Both the position numbers and the translations under genes were made by a program. Under the pieces are notes generated by a model. The model was not told the origin of the DNA and searched no databases. It was given only the letters and a program-made list of their open reading frames with translations. From the NCBI GenBank assembly GCA_963828745.1, contig CAWHFZ010000008.1:224723-288722 (forward strand): DNA of 64,000 bases. Reading direction: 5' to 3'. Origin of the DNA: Vicinamibacteria bacterium. GTDB lineage: Bacteria; Acidobacteriota; Vicinamibacteria; Vicinamibacterales; JAENWD01. Each line of letters opens with the position of its first letter. Position 1 is the stretch's first letter. Shown here in pieces: positions 51,380-62,020 of this stretch.

Positions 51380-52963
51380 TCAGTTGGCCTCGGCTCTCGA
51401 CGGCGTCACCGCAAGCGACACCGGGTCACCGGTCCCGACGCGATCGGCGCGCACCTCGACGAACACGAGATCTCGCGCGGGCCATGGATATCGACATTGT
51501 CGGGAGCCGCCCTCAGGGAGTTCAAAAGTTTCGGGGGGCCTCCCCGGCAGGGTCACCGTGACACGGGCGTCGCCCGACCCTGGCCGCGTGAACGTGCGCG
51601 TCAGCCGGAACGCGACTTCCCCGCCGGCTGACAGCACATTGAATCCTCCCTCACCGCGGAAACGGCCGGATTCACGGCCGCTGGACCAGTCGATTCCGTA
51701 GGAAGGCCACGCACGCAGGCTGCGAGGCACCTGCTCGAGAGCGACGCCCGCGAGGATCAGGCTGACGACCGTGGCGAACGCCAGCGAATGGCGCGACATC
51801 AGCGGACGCCATTCACCTGCGAGGACCACGCTCGCCAAAATGATCAGCATCGGTTCGAACGGCGCCCGCAGCCGCGCGCCGCCGAAGCCGCCGACGCTGG
51901 CGATGCCGAGGTTGACGACGATCCAGAGGACGAAGAATGCGGCCAGCCGGCGTTCGCGGGCCAGCGCGACGCCGAACGGCGCCAGGACGAGCACCGCGAT
52001 CACGAGCACATCGATCGTGAGATGCAGCGCGATCTTCCAGATCATCGCCGTCGCGCGGTTCTGCGCGGCGACGTAAATCTGCAGCACGCGCCCGCCATTG
52101 AGGTGCAGAAGCGATCGCGCGCGATCGGCGCTGTCCTTGAGATATTCGATTGGTGATTCGGTGATGGTGGCGGTCAATGCGCCCAGCGTTTCCGTCATCG
52201 ACAAGGCGCGATCGTCGGGTGCGACCGACCGTGTCACGTGAATGCTGCCGTGCGAGTCGATGGGCGTGAATTGTCCCACGTGCAGGGAAAGGGCGATTAC
52301 ATACGGCACCGTCGGCGTCGCGAGCCCTGCAAGGAGCAGTGCCGCGCCTTGCAGCGCGCGGCGCCGGCTATCGGAAATGACGACGTGAAGTGCGGCCGCG
52401 AGCGGCAGGTAGAAGAGCGGCATCGATCGGGTCAACGCCGCGAATCCAAATACCACACCCGCCAGGAACCACTCCCGGCCCGTCGTCGACGCGAGCGCCG
52501 CCGCCAGCAGTACGAACCCCAGAACGACAAGTGGGACGTACAACGCCTCCTGGGACGTGTGCCAGACGTTGAAAATGTTCAGCGCCCAGAGCGCAAAGCC
52601 ACCGGCGGCGATGAGGCCCGTCCGCCGGGAATGCAGCCGCCGTCCCAGATCGAAAATGAGAACGATCGCGCCCACTGACAGCGCCAGCTGCCCGAGGAGC
52701 GCCGTCAGCGGCAGGTGGGGGAAGGACGCAAAGAGTGAAAGGAAGACCGGATAGAGCGGCGGCAGCATGTGGCGCCGGCCGCCGATCCACAGCGTGACCG
52801 CATCGAACGTCCAGTGCCAGCCGTGCGGCCCTTCGGCGAGCTGACGGCCTCCGCGCAGATAGAAGTCGGGATCGTGCCAGCGGAATCCTGGCTGCAACGC
52901 GACGTGCAGAAGGTAGGCGAGCCGCAGCGCGAAGCCCACCACGAGGATCGCAGCGAGCCGCAT
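51380..52963 (-). CDS. Glycosyltransferase family 39 (ArnT/PMT-like) membrane protein
   Basis: 527 aa with >=10 TM helices. The N-terminal loop with DPDFY resembles GT-C enzymes. Confidence 0.65.
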   Translation of the reverse strand: MRLAAILVVGFALRLAYLLHVALQPGFRWHDPDFYLRGGRQLAEGPHGWHWTFDAVTLWIGGRRHMLPPLYPVFLSLFASFPHLPLTALLGQLALSVGAIVLIFDLGRRLHSRRTGLIAAGGFALWALNIFNVWHTSQEALYVPLVVLGFVLLAAALASTTGREWFLAGVVFGFAALTRSMPLFYLPLAAALHVVISDSRRRALQGAALLLAGLATPTVPYVIALSLHVGQFTPIDSHGSIHVTRSVAPDDRALSMTETLGALTATITESPIEYLKDSADRARSLLHLNGGRVLQIYVAAQNRATAMIWKIALHLTIDVLVIAVLVLAPFGVALARERRLAAFFVLWIVVNLGIASVGGFGGARLRAPFEPMLIILASVVLAGEWRPLMSRHSLAFATVVSLILAGVALEQVPRSLRAWPSYGIDWSSGRESGRFRGEGGFNVLSAGGEVAFRLTRTFTRPGSGDARVTVTLPGRPPETFELPEGGSRQCRYPWPARDLVFVEVRADRVGTGDPVSLAVTPSRAEAN

Positions 52964-52973
52964 GCCTCCGCTC

Positions 52974-54572
52974 TCAGGCGATCGACGCCGCGTACTCCTC
53001 GTACGTCCCCTTGAAATCCTCGATCCGTCCGTGGTCGAAGTGCCACACGCGAGTGCCCACTTCCTCCATCACGTCCTGGTCGTGCGTGACGAGCAGTACC
53101 GTGCCCTCGAATTTCTGCAACGCCACATTGAGCGCGTTGATCGACTCGAGATCCAGATGGTTGGTGGGTTCGTCGAGCACGAGCACGTTGGGCTTCTGCA
53201 GCATGATGCGGCAGAAAAGCAGCCGCGCCGTCTCGCCACCCGACAGCGCGTCGGTCGGCTTGAGGCTCTCTTCGCCGCTGAACAGCATCTGCCCGAGCAG
53301 ACCATGGATGTCCTGGCGCGCTGCCTCCGGGTCGAAGCGGTGGAGCCATTCGACCACGGTCAAGCCCTTCTCGATGACGTTGGTGTGATCCTGCGGGAAG
53401 TAGCCGATGGATACCTCGTGGCCCCAGCGCACGCTGCCGGCGTCGATATCCTTTGGCGCCGCCGCAAGATTCGGCGCATCCGCCAGCAGCGCCTTGAGCA
53501 GCGTCGTCTTGCCGTAGCCGTTCCGGCCGACGAGAACGATCTTCTCGCCGCGGTTGACGATGGCACTGAAGTCGGAGATGACCGGCACGCCGCCGAACGC
53601 CTTGCCGACATCCTTGAACTCGAGTGCCAGCCGGCCTGACGGCCGGTTCATCGTGAACCGGATGTAGGGCCGCTGGATGTTCGAGCGCGCAAGCTCCGTC
53701 GTCTGCAGGCGCTCCACTTCCTTCCGGCGCGACGTCGTCTGGCTGGCGCGCGTGCCGGCACCGAATCGTGCGATGAAGTCGTTCAGCTGCGCGATCTTCT
53801 TCTCGCGCTGCGCGTTCTCGGTTTCGACGCGCGAGCGGATCTGGGTCTTCGCCAGCACCATATCGTCGTAGCCGCCGGCATACGTGATGATCGTCTGGTA
53901 GTCGATGTCGGCCGTGTGCGTGCAGACATCGTTCAGGAAGTGGCGGTCGTGCGAGATGACGATGAGCGTGCCGTCGTAGTGAACGAGGAACTCGCGCAGC
54001 CAGTGGATCGAATCGAGGTCGAGGTGGTTCGTGGGCTCGTCGAGCAGAAGCGCCTGAGGATGACCGAACAAGGCCTGGGCGAGCAGCACACGGACTTTCT
54101 GACCACCCTGAAGCTCCGCCATCTTGCGGGTATGCAGCGCGTCCGGGATGTCGAGCCCCTGCAGCAGAATTGCGGCGTCGCTCTCGGCGGTGTAGCCGTC
54201 CTCGTCGCCGACGATCCCTTCGAGCTCGCCGAGACGCATGCCGTCGGCCTCGGTCATGTCAGCCTTGGCGTAAAGGAACTCGCGTTCCTCGAGTGCATTC
54301 CACAGCCGCCCGTTCCCCATGATCACCGCGTCGATGACGCGGGCATGGTCGAACGCGAACTGATCCTGACGAAGCACGCCGAGCTTCGCCGGCCGCGACA
54401 CGGTCCCCTTCTGCGGCGGCAGCTCGCCGGTCAGCAGCCTCATGAACGTCGACTTGCCTGCACCGTTCGGTCCGGTCAGTCCGTAGCGGCGGCCGCCGGA
54501 AAAGGTGGTGGTGACGTCCTCGAACAACACCTTCGAGCCGTACCGCATTGACACATCGCTGACAGAAATCAT
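52974..54572 (-). CDS. ABC-F family ATPase (YbiT-like, two ABC domains, no TM)
   Basis: Two Walker A motifs (GPNGAGKST, GRNGYGKTT) and two signatures (LQGGQKVR, LSGGETAR). The ATG at 54572 is preferred over the TTG at 54608. Confidence 0.85.
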   Translation of the reverse strand: MISVSDVSMRYGSKVLFEDVTTTFSGGRRYGLTGPNGAGKSTFMRLLTGELPPQKGTVSRPAKLGVLRQDQFAFDHARVIDAVIMGNGRLWNALEEREFLYAKADMTEADGMRLGELEGIVGDEDGYTAESDAAILLQGLDIPDALHTRKMAELQGGQKVRVLLAQALFGHPQALLLDEPTNHLDLDSIHWLREFLVHYDGTLIVISHDRHFLNDVCTHTADIDYQTIITYAGGYDDMVLAKTQIRSRVETENAQREKKIAQLNDFIARFGAGTRASQTTSRRKEVERLQTTELARSNIQRPYIRFTMNRPSGRLALEFKDVGKAFGGVPVISDFSAIVNRGEKIVLVGRNGYGKTTLLKALLADAPNLAAAPKDIDAGSVRWGHEVSIGYFPQDHTNVIEKGLTVVEWLHRFDPEAARQDIHGLLGQMLFSGEESLKPTDALSGGETARLLFCRIMLQKPNVLVLDEPTNHLDLESINALNVALQKFEGTVLLVTHDQDVMEEVGTRVWHFDHGRIEDFKGTYEEYAASIA

Positions 54573-54741
54573 CCCGGTGACGAACCTTTCGAGAACGAGA
54601 ACCTCCAATTCTACATCAGGTTAGCGTCCGCCGGGGCTGGAGCACGCCTCGCCAGAGGCGCGTATTCCGTGGCGGGCGGGCTTCAGTCCTGCCTGCGTCG
54701 GCGAACGATCCACGCGCTTGACACGTATCTGACCTGTGTGA

Positions 54742-54780
54742 CATACAGTATGTTCCATACAGTATGCGCCGAACAGTATC
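54742..54780. promoter_or_regulatory. Three 14-bp-phased copies of CATACAGTATG-like palindrome, candidate PadR operator
   Basis: 54742-54752 and 54756-54766 are identical palindromes, with a degenerate copy at 54770-54780. A TTGACA lies at 54718-54723. The site ends 18 bp before the PadR ATG. Confidence 0.5.
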
Positions 54781-54797
54781 CGGCGTCCGGTGAGCCC

Positions 54798-55121
54798 ATG
54801 GATGCCGACATCTTCGAAAACCTCCGGCTCGAGCTCAGACGCGGTTGCTTGATTCTGGCGGTTCTCGCGCAGCTCGAAACCGAGCGCCATGGCTACGCGC
54901 TTCGCAAGTCGCTCGCTGATCTCGGCCTCTCGATTGACGAAGGCACGCTGTATCCGCTGCTCCGGCGTCTCGAGAGCCAGGGCCTGCTGGTCAGCGAGTG
55001 GCGCGAGGAAGACAAACGGAACAAGCGGTTCTATCGCCTCTCGTCCGCGGGTGCGGACACGCTGCAGCGGTTGCACGCCGAGTGGCAACGCCTCAACGCG
55101 TCGATGGATCGGATTCTCTAG
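54798..55121 (+). CDS. PadR-family transcriptional regulator
   Basis: The ATG at 54798. HGYALRKSL...DEGTLYPLLRRLESQGLLVSEW...KRFYRLS. Confidence 0.9.
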   Translation: MDADIFENLRLELRRGCLILAVLAQLETERHGYALRKSLADLGLSIDEGTLYPLLRRLESQGLLVSEWREEDKRNKRFYRLSSAGADTLQRLHAEWQRLNASMDRIL

Positions 55122-55130
55122 GAGCGCAGG

Positions 55131-56075
55131 ATGGACCTCGTCGATCGCTACGTCCAGGCCGTCAGACAGCACCTGCCAGCCAAACAGCAGGACGACATCG
55201 CCAACGAGCTGACCGAAGACATCGTGTCGCAGATGAGCGACAAGCAGGAGGAGCTCGGACGCCCGCTCACCGAGGCGGAACAGGAAGCCATCCTGAAGCA
55301 GTACGGGCATCCCTACGTGCTGGCGATGCGGTATCGCCCCCAGCAGTATCTGATCGGCCCGTCGCTCTTCCAGTTCTACGTGCCCGCGCTCAAGATCGCG
55401 CTGGCGCTCGCGTTCGCGGTGCAGGTCATCATCGCGCTGTCGGTCGGTTTGTCGCAGAACGCCCCTGAACGCCTCCTGGGGTGGATCGGGCACTTCCCTG
55501 GCGTGGCGCTGCAAGTGGTGTTCTGGGTGACGGTCGTCTTCGCCGTCGCCGACTACTGGCAGGCCAGGCTTCGGCTCTTCGACAAGTGGTCGCCGCGGAC
55601 GTTGCCGGCGGTGAAACCGACGCGGCCCGCGACACCCGTGAACCTGATCATCGAAGTGATCGCCAACCTGGTGTTCATCGCCTGGTGGCTCAGCCTTCCC
55701 AATCATCAGTTCCTGTTGTTCGGGCCGGCTGCCGCGTTCCTCGCGATCTCACCGGCCTGGTCGCAGCTGTATTACGTCGCGCTCGCTCCGGCACTCGCCT
55801 CCACGCTTCTCGCGCTCCTCAACCTGGTGCAGCCGTCGTGGACGTGGTTGTCGCGCGTGCGATCGCTCGTGACCAACGTCGCGTCGCTGTTCGTGCTGTC
55901 GGTCGCGATCCGCGCCGGCGCGCTCGTGGTGCCGACGAAGGATTCGGCCGACCTGGCGCGCCTCGTCAAGGGGATCAACGACGTCACGTCGGCGATCCTC
56001 GTCATCATCTCGCTCATCACGATGGCGCAGGTCCTGGTCGACGTCTATCGGCTGCTCCGCCCTCCGTCCTCGTAG
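55131..56075 (+). CDS. PadR-associated membrane protein (DUF1700/HAAS-like N-terminus, multiple TM helices)
   Basis: 314 aa. MDLVDRYVQAVRQHLPAKQQDDIANELTEDI is typical of the sensor partner encoded after PadR genes. Confidence 0.65.
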   Translation: MDLVDRYVQAVRQHLPAKQQDDIANELTEDIVSQMSDKQEELGRPLTEAEQEAILKQYGHPYVLAMRYRPQQYLIGPSLFQFYVPALKIALALAFAVQVIIALSVGLSQNAPERLLGWIGHFPGVALQVVFWVTVVFAVADYWQARLRLFDKWSPRTLPAVKPTRPATPVNLIIEVIANLVFIAWWLSLPNHQFLLFGPAAAFLAISPAWSQLYYVALAPALASTLLALLNLVQPSWTWLSRVRSLVTNVASLFVLSVAIRAGALVVPTKDSADLARLVKGINDVTSAILVIISLITMAQVLVDVYRLLRPPSS

Positions 56076-56112
56076 TCCGTCAGATCGCCGGCTATCCAAC
56101 AGGAAGGGACGT

Positions 56113-57342
56113 ATGCCTACGCTCAGTGTCTCCAACGCTCCCGGCGGCGCCGCCGCCACCGCGAGCACGCGCACCGGCGTCAACGTGCCGATGGGATATC
56201 TCCGTGCGTTCGTCACGGCGCTTGTGATCGTGCATCACACGCTCCTCGGCTACCATCCGTTCGCTCCGCCGCCGAACGCCACTCTGCTGGCCGATCCACG
56301 GATCTGGCCGGCCTTCCCTGTGGTCGATGCGCAGCGCTCGATGGCAGCGAGCCTCATCGTTGGCTTCAACGAAGCGTTCTTCATGTCGCTGATGTTCCTG
56401 CTGTCGGGCCTGTTTGCCTGGCAGAGCATTCAGCGGCGCGGTGCGGCCGCCTTCATTCGCACGCGAGTACTGCGGCTGGGACTTCCGTTCGCGGTAGGGT
56501 CGCTGCTGCTCGCTCCTCTCGCCTACTATCCGGCGTACCTGCAGACGACGGCGCGCGCGACGAGTCCCGGCTTCTGGGACCAGTGGACGTCGCTCGGTAT
56601 CTGGTACTCGGGCCCGGTCTGGTTCCTCTGGGTGCTTCTGGCGTTCGATTGCGCCGCCGCTGGATTCATCGCGTTGGCGCCGCGTGTCGCCGCCGCCTGG
56701 CAATCGTTCTGGGCCCGCACGTCCGGCAACAGCTTTCGCTTCTTTGCCACGCTGACGATCTGCTCGCTTGCCGTCTACCTGCCCATGGCCGTGACGTTCA
56801 GCTCGATCTCGTGGTGGGCGTACGGCCCGTTCACGGTGCAGACCAGCCGAATCTTCCATTACGCGCTCTACTTCCTCGTCGGCGTGGCGCTCGGCGGTAC
56901 CGGCCTCGACGGAAGCATCCTGCGTGACGGCGGACCGTTGTCGCGCCGCTGGATCGTCTGGCCGATCGTCGCGCTCGTCGCCTTTGCCGTCGCCGCGGCG
57001 ATCACGATCGCCGCAGTCACCGCGCCCACAACGACGACGCACTGGGAAGCGATCGGATCGTTCGGCTTCGTGCTGTCGTGTGCGGCGTCCTCGTGCGCAT
57101 TGCTGGCACTGTTCCTCCGCTTCGTTCGGCGGTCCACTCCGGCCGGCGATAGCGTTCGCGACAACGCATACGGCATCTATCTGCTGCACTACGCGTTCGT
57201 CAGCTGGCTGCTCTACGCGCTCGTGCCGTCGTCCATTGGTGCGTTGCCCAAGGCCGCAATCGTCACCAGCACCGCGCTGGGCTTGAGCTGGGCGACGAGC
57301 GCGGCCTTGCGAACGATCCCGATCGTCCGTCGAGTGGTATGA
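56113..57342 (+). CDS. Acyltransferase family 3 membrane protein
   Basis: 409 aa, ~10 TM helices. [16 protein letters not shown] has the conserved His context. Confidence 0.75.
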   Translation: MPTLSVSNAPGGAAATASTRTGVNVPMGYLRAFVTALVIVHHTLLGYHPFAPPPNATLLADPRIWPAFPVVDAQRSMAASLIVGFNEAFFMSLMFLLSGLFAWQSIQRRGAAAFIRTRVLRLGLPFAVGSLLLAPLAYYPAYLQTTARATSPGFWDQWTSLGIWYSGPVWFLWVLLAFDCAAAGFIALAPRVAAAWQSFWARTSGNSFRFFATLTICSLAVYLPMAVTFSSISWWAYGPFTVQTSRIFHYALYFLVGVALGGTGLDGSILRDGGPLSRRWIVWPIVALVAFAVAAAITIAAVTAPTTTTHWEAIGSFGFVLSCAASSCALLALFLRFVRRSTPAGDSVRDNAYGIYLLHYAFVSWLLYALVPSSIGALPKAAIVTSTALGLSWATSAALRTIPIVRRVV

Positions 57343-57388
57343 ATCCGCGGTTTCAATCACGCACGCAACTCGCTATTCTCTGTACCCT

Positions 57389-58828
57389 GTGGCATCGCTC
57401 ATCGACGAGCTCGCGCAGCGCATCCCACCCGATCGTCTGCTGACGCGACCTGGCGCACTGGCGGCGTACGAGACTGACGGCCTCACGGCGTTCCGCGGCC
57501 GTCCGCGCGCGGTCGTCATCACCGAGTCCCAGCAGGAAGTGATCGACACGGTTCGCCTGTGTCACGCGGCCGCCGTGCCCTTCATGGCGCGCGGCAGCGG
57601 CACCAGTCTGTCCGGCGGCGCCGTCCCAATCGAAGACGGCATCGTCATCGCGCTCAATCGGCTCAATCGAATCACGCGCTTCGACCCCATCGCCCGTGTC
57701 GCCGTCGTCGAGCCAGGGGTCGTCAATCTGGCCGTCACCGCGATGGCGGCGCCGTACGGTCTCTACTACGCGCCGGATCCGTCGAGCCAGCAGGTCTGCA
57801 CGATCGGCGGCAACGTCGCGTTCAATTCCGGGGGCGCCCATTGCTTCCGCCACGGCATGACCGCCAACCACGTGCTGGGCATCCGCGCCGTCCTGGCGGA
57901 TGGGACGCTCGTGTCCCTTGGCGGCGAAAGCCTCGAACAGAACGGACCCGACCTGGCTGGATTGTTCGTCGGATCCGAAGGGCTGTTCGGAGTGGCGCTC
58001 GAGATCACGCTTCGCCTCGTCGCTCGTCCGCAGGTCTACAGCACGGTGCTGGCGGCCTACTCGAGCCTGCAGGCCGCCGGCGACACGGTGTCGCGCGTGA
58101 TCAGATCGGGCCTGCTGCCGGGTGCCATGGAGATCATGGACCGCCTCGCCATCGACGCCGCCGAAGCGGCCGTGCATGCGAACTACCCCGCGCACGCGGC
58201 CGCAGTGCTCCTCGTCGAGCTCGAGGGCGAGAGCCCGCAGGTCGCCATCGAGTTCGAAGAACTGCAGCAGATTCTGGCCGAGTCCGGCGCCTCGGAGACA
58301 CGAGTGGCGCGAGACGACGACGATCGCGCCAGAATCTGGAAAGGCCGCAAGTCCGCGTTCTCCGCTGTTGGCCGCCTCAGCCCGGACTTCATCGTTCAGG
58401 ATGGCGTCGTTCCCCGTGCGCGCCTGGGCGAGGCGCTCGCCGAGATCGAGGCACTCTCGCGTAAGCATGGCATTCGCGTCGCCAACGTCTTCCATGCTGG
58501 TGACGGGAACCTGCATCCACTGATTCTGTATAACGGCCGCGAAGCGGGCGCACACGATCGCGCCGAGGTCCTCGCCGCTGAAATCATCCGCCTTTGCATC
58601 CGCCTCGGCGGCTCGATCACCGGCGAACACGGCGTTGGCCTGGAGAAGCTGCAGTTCCTCGCCGAGATGTACGACGAGCCGTCGATCGACTGCATGCGGC
58701 GCCTGCGTCTCGCGATGGATCCGCTGCAGCTCGCGAATCGCGGCAAGAAGCTCGCCGACGGTGCGGGCGTGAGCTTCTCTCACGGGCTCCACCCGCTGGA
58801 GCGGGCAGGCGTCATCTCGCGCGCATGA
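57389..58828 (+). CDS. glcD: Glycolate oxidase subunit GlcD (FAD-linked oxidase)
   Basis: 479 aa. FAD-binding [15 protein letters not shown]-terminal [13 protein letters not shown]. Followed by glcE and glcF. Confidence 0.9.
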   Translation: MASLIDELAQRIPPDRLLTRPGALAAYETDGLTAFRGRPRAVVITESQQEVIDTVRLCHAAAVPFMARGSGTSLSGGAVPIEDGIVIALNRLNRITRFDPIARVAVVEPGVVNLAVTAMAAPYGLYYAPDPSSQQVCTIGGNVAFNSGGAHCFRHGMTANHVLGIRAVLADGTLVSLGGESLEQNGPDLAGLFVGSEGLFGVALEITLRLVARPQVYSTVLAAYSSLQAAGDTVSRVIRSGLLPGAMEIMDRLAIDAAEAAVHANYPAHAAAVLLVELEGESPQVAIEFEELQQILAESGASETRVARDDDDRARIWKGRKSAFSAVGRLSPDFIVQDGVVPRARLGEALAEIEALSRKHGIRVANVFHAGDGNLHPLILYNGREAGAHDRAEVLAAEIIRLCIRLGGSITGEHGVGLEKLQFLAEMYDEPSIDCMRRLRLAMDPLQLANRGKKLADGAGVSFSHGLHPLERAGVISRA

Positions 58829-59898
58829 TCCATCACCCCGCGTCCATCGATGACGTGCGGGAAGTCGTCGCCACGACTCCGCGACTGACGATTCGCGGCG
58901 CGGGCACCAAGCCCGGGCTGATGGGCGCCTCGCGCGATCGACCGATCCTGGATCTGTCCGCGCTGGCCGGCGTGACGGAGCACAGTCCGGAAGAGTGCAC
59001 GTTCACTGCGCTGGCAGGCACCAGGACGGCCGACATCGAGCGGCTGCTGGCATCACACGGCCAGTACCTTCCGTTCGATCCTCCCCTTACTGCGGCCGGC
59101 GCCACGCTCGGTGGAATCGTCGCCGCAGGCGCCAGCGGCTCCTGCCGCTATCGATACGGCGGCATCCGTGACTTTCTGATCGGCGCGCGCATCGTCGATG
59201 GTCGCGGACAGCTGATCACCGCCGGCGGCAAGGTGGTGAAGAATGCCGCCGGGTTGCTCCTCCATCAGGCGATGGTCGGAAGCTGCGGACGATTCGGCGT
59301 GATCGCCGAGCTGACGTTCAAGGTGTTCCCGCGTGCAAGGTCTCGCGCGACGGTCAAGGCGAACGCCGGTTCGCTCGCCTCGGCGCTGGAAACCATGGAG
59401 AAGGTGCGCGCCGCGCGATTCGAGCTCGAAGCGATCGACATTTCGTCACCGTCGACGCTGCTTTTGCGAATCGGCGGCGGCACCGATGCTCTCGCAACGA
59501 GAGTCGCCGCCCTCCGTCACTCGACGGCGATTGACACCGAGCTTCTGGAAGGCGACGCGGACGAGTCGGAATGGCTCGGCGCCCGCGAATTCTCCTGGGC
59601 CGATCGCAGCCTCCCGCTGATTCGAATTCCGCTCACCACGCCACAGGTGCCGGCTCTTGACGACGTGCTGACGCGCGCCGGCGCGGCGAGACGATACGCG
59701 CTGGCTGGGAACGTGGCATTCGCGGCGTGGCCGATGCCGTTGGCGGAGCTGTCCGACAGGCTGAAATCACTGCGACTATCCGGCCAGGTACTCCTCGGGC
59801 CGCCGGGGTCTCGATTGATCGGCGCCGTTCCGGACGACGAGTTCGCGAGACGTGTGACGGCCGTCCTCGATCCGGACGGCCGATTCCGTGACGACTGA
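58825..59898 (+). CDS. glcE: Glycolate oxidase FAD-binding subunit GlcE
   Basis: The ATG at 58825 (ATGA overlap) gives [15 protein letters not shown]...IRGAGTKPG. Within ORF 58594..59898. Confidence 0.85.
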   Translation: MIHHPASIDDVREVVATTPRLTIRGAGTKPGLMGASRDRPILDLSALAGVTEHSPEECTFTALAGTRTADIERLLASHGQYLPFDPPLTAAGATLGGIVAAGASGSCRYRYGGIRDFLIGARIVDGRGQLITAGGKVVKNAAGLLLHQAMVGSCGRFGVIAELTFKVFPRARSRATVKANAGSLASALETMEKVRAARFELEAIDISSPSTLLLRIGGGTDALATRVAALRHSTAIDTELLEGDADESEWLGAREFSWADRSLPLIRIPLTTPQVPALDDVLTRAGAARRYALAGNVAFAAWPMPLAELSDRLKSLRLSGQVLLGPPGSRLIGAVPDDEFARRVTAVLDPDGRFRDD

Positions 59899-61151
59899 TG
59901 CAGCACCGGATCCCTCTCGACTCGCTGCCGCGGGGCGGCCGCGAAATGGCGCGCGCAATCGAGACGTGCGTGCACTGCGGCTTCTGCCTGCCCTCCTGCC
60001 CGACGTATCGCGTGCTCGGCGAAGAGATGGACTCGCCGCGTGGCCGCATCGTCCTGATGAAGCAGGTGCTCGAGGGCGAGTTGGCGGCTCAGGATGTCAT
60101 GCCCTATGTGGATCGGTGCCTCGGTTGTCTGGGGTGCGAGACGTCCTGCCCGTCCGGCGTGCACTATCGCGATCTGCTGGTGCCGTTCCGCGCCAAAGCT
60201 GAACGCGAAAGCCGGCCCGCAGTCGCGCGATGGCGCGCACGAGCGCTCCTCGCGCTGTTGGAATCGCCAGCGTTGTTCCGGATCGCGGTGCGGGCTGGCC
60301 ATCTCGCACGACACGTCGGGCCGCTCGTGCCGGCGGCGCTGCGGCCGATGCTGCGTCTGCTGCCGGCGTCGCTGGAACCGGCGCGTCGGCTTCCGTCGTT
60401 AGTACCGGCGATCGGTCCGCGGCGAGCCCGCGTCGCTCTCCTGCGCGGGTGTGTCCAGCAGGTGCTGGCGCCGGACATCAATCACGCCACCACGCAGGTC
60501 CTGGCGGCGAATGGGATTGAAGTCGCCATTCCGCTGGACCAGGGTTGCTGCGGTGCGCTGGCCGCGCATGCCGGTCATACCGATCACGCGCGCGAGCGAG
60601 CGGCGCCGCTGCTGCGGGCCTTCCCGCCGGACGTCGATGCCATCGTGACCAATACCGCTGGCTGCGGATCGGCGATGAAGGATTACGGGATGCTGTTCGT
60701 TGACACACCGCTCGAAAACGAGGCGCAGCGATTCGGTGCGCGCGTGCGCGACGTCTCCGAGTTCCTCGCCGAGATCGGCCTCGTGACGACGCCGACGCTG
60801 TCCGCGCCGATGACCGTCGCTTACCATGACGCGTGTCATCTGTCACATGCGCAGCACGTGCGCGCCGCGCCGCGCCGTCTTCTGGCGGCGGTCGAACACC
60901 TGACCGTCCGCGAGATTCCGGACGGCGAGATCTGCTGTGGGTCGGCCGGGCTCTACAATCTCGAGCAGCCGGACATCGCGGAGACACTGGGCACCGCCAA
61001 GGCGTCCGCGATCGTTGCCACCGGTGCCGACGCCGTCGTCGCCGGCAACGTCGGGTGCCTCGTGCAGATGGCGACATACCTGCAGCGCACCGGCCATCGG
61101 ATCCCTGTGTTGCACACCATGCAGCTGCTCGCCAAATTGGGGTCGGGATAA
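59898..61151 (+). CDS. glcF: Glycolate oxidase iron-sulfur subunit GlcF
   Basis: 417 aa. CVHCGFCLPSCPTY and CLGCLGCETSCPSGV clusters and two CCG domains. The last five codons and the stop lie inside a repeat copy. Confidence 0.9.
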   Translation: MQHRIPLDSLPRGGREMARAIETCVHCGFCLPSCPTYRVLGEEMDSPRGRIVLMKQVLEGELAAQDVMPYVDRCLGCLGCETSCPSGVHYRDLLVPFRAKAERESRPAVARWRARALLALLESPALFRIAVRAGHLARHVGPLVPAALRPMLRLLPASLEPARRLPSLVPAIGPRRARVALLRGCVQQVLAPDINHATTQVLAANGIEVAIPLDQGCCGALAAHAGHTDHARERAAPLLRAFPPDVDAIVTNTAGCGSAMKDYGMLFVDTPLENEAQRFGARVRDVSEFLAEIGLVTTPTLSAPMTVAYHDACHLSHAQHVRAAPRRLLAAVEHLTVREIPDGEICCGSAGLYNLEQPDIAETLGTAKASAIVATGADAVVAGNVGCLVQMATYLQRTGHRIPVLHTMQLLAKLGSG

Positions 61152-61971
61152 ATTTCACTTTTTGCCAACTCCGCCCGTTCCCCGAGGCCGTCCCCGCGAT
61201 CGCACGCCCATCTGCCAGCCGAGTTGCGTGGCCGTTTGCTCGCGCCACGAGTCTGGTCCAAACGGGATCCCACGCCGGATGGCTTTGCGCAGCGGCCCCA
61301 GTTCAGCCGTCGCCTCGGCTGCACTCTCGTCGCCCCAGCTCTCCGGACGCGGGACCGGCCATTCATGCGTACGTGGGCCTGTCGCCGCCGAGCGCTTCGA
61401 CGCGCTCCCCCAATCCCACTCCTCGGCCTTCTCGACAAGCTGCGCACGCACCGGGTTGCGCTCGACGTAGCGGCAGACGATCAGGAAGTGGCGATCGTCT
61501 CTGACCGGAATCGCTTTGAATCGACCCTGATAGATCGTCCCGGTGCCCACGGTCTTGTGGGCAAGATGCCAGCGGCGCGAGTGAGTGGACGTCATCCACG
61601 CCATGAACATCGAGAGGTCCTCATCGTCCTCGGGCCACAGGACGAGGTGCCAGTGATTGGGCATCGCGACCCAGCAAAGCAACCGCATCGACAATCGACG
61701 GGTCGCTTGCTCGAGCACCTCCACGAACGCGCGGTAGTCGTCTGGTCCATCGAACAGTGTGAGACGCCGCGCGCCTCGATTCATGACATGGAAGACGAGG
61801 CCGCCAGTTCCGCGACGAGATCTCCTGGGCACGAGTCCGCAGTTAGCAACGCGCGCGCCAGGTCGATGTGGAAACCCGATCGTTCGCGCAGTGCTTACTA
61901 GTGGCAGAAAATGAACGCGTGATTTCCCGATCCATCGGCAAATATTGAAATTTATCCCGACCCCAATTTCC
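61134..61971 (-). mobile_element. RAYT unit: HUH/Y1 transposase gene bracketed by inverted copies of the AT-rich 34-37-nt repeat
   Basis: Repeat copies at 61134-61167 (+ orientation) and 61938-61971 (inverted, 2-3 mismatches) flank the gene. Same repeat as the doublet at 10463-10557. Confidence 0.8.
61155..61832 (-). CDS. REP-associated tyrosine transposase-like protein (IS200/Y1_Tnp fold)
   Basis: The GTG at 61832 gives (M)PRRSRRGTGGLVFHVMNRGARR. HUH motif MPNHWHLVLW. Catalytic Tyr context VCRYVERNPVRA. The stop codon lies inside repeat copy 61134-61167. The ORF-track start at 61973 reads through the other repeat. Confidence 0.8.
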   Translation of the reverse strand: MPRRSRRGTGGLVFHVMNRGARRLTLFDGPDDYRAFVEVLEQATRRLSMRLLCWVAMPNHWHLVLWPEDDEDLSMFMAWMTSTHSRRWHLAHKTVGTGTIYQGRFKAIPVRDDRHFLIVCRYVERNPVRAQLVEKAEEWDWGSASKRSAATGPRTHEWPVPRPESWGDESAAEATAELGPLRKAIRRGIPFGPDSWREQTATQLGWQMGVRSRGRPRGTGGVGKK

Positions 61972-62020
61972 AATTTGCCAATTGGTCACACCGTCCGTCC
62001 CGGCGTGCTAGATTGCGCGC

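Noticed and set aside
57353-58792. 479-aa antisense ORF of exactly the same length as glcD on the opposite strand
   Set aside because: The translation is Arg/Ala/Gly-rich with no recognisable motifs, whereas the plus-strand product has clear FAD-oxidase motifs and operon context. Long antisense ORFs are expected at this GC content because stop codons are rare.
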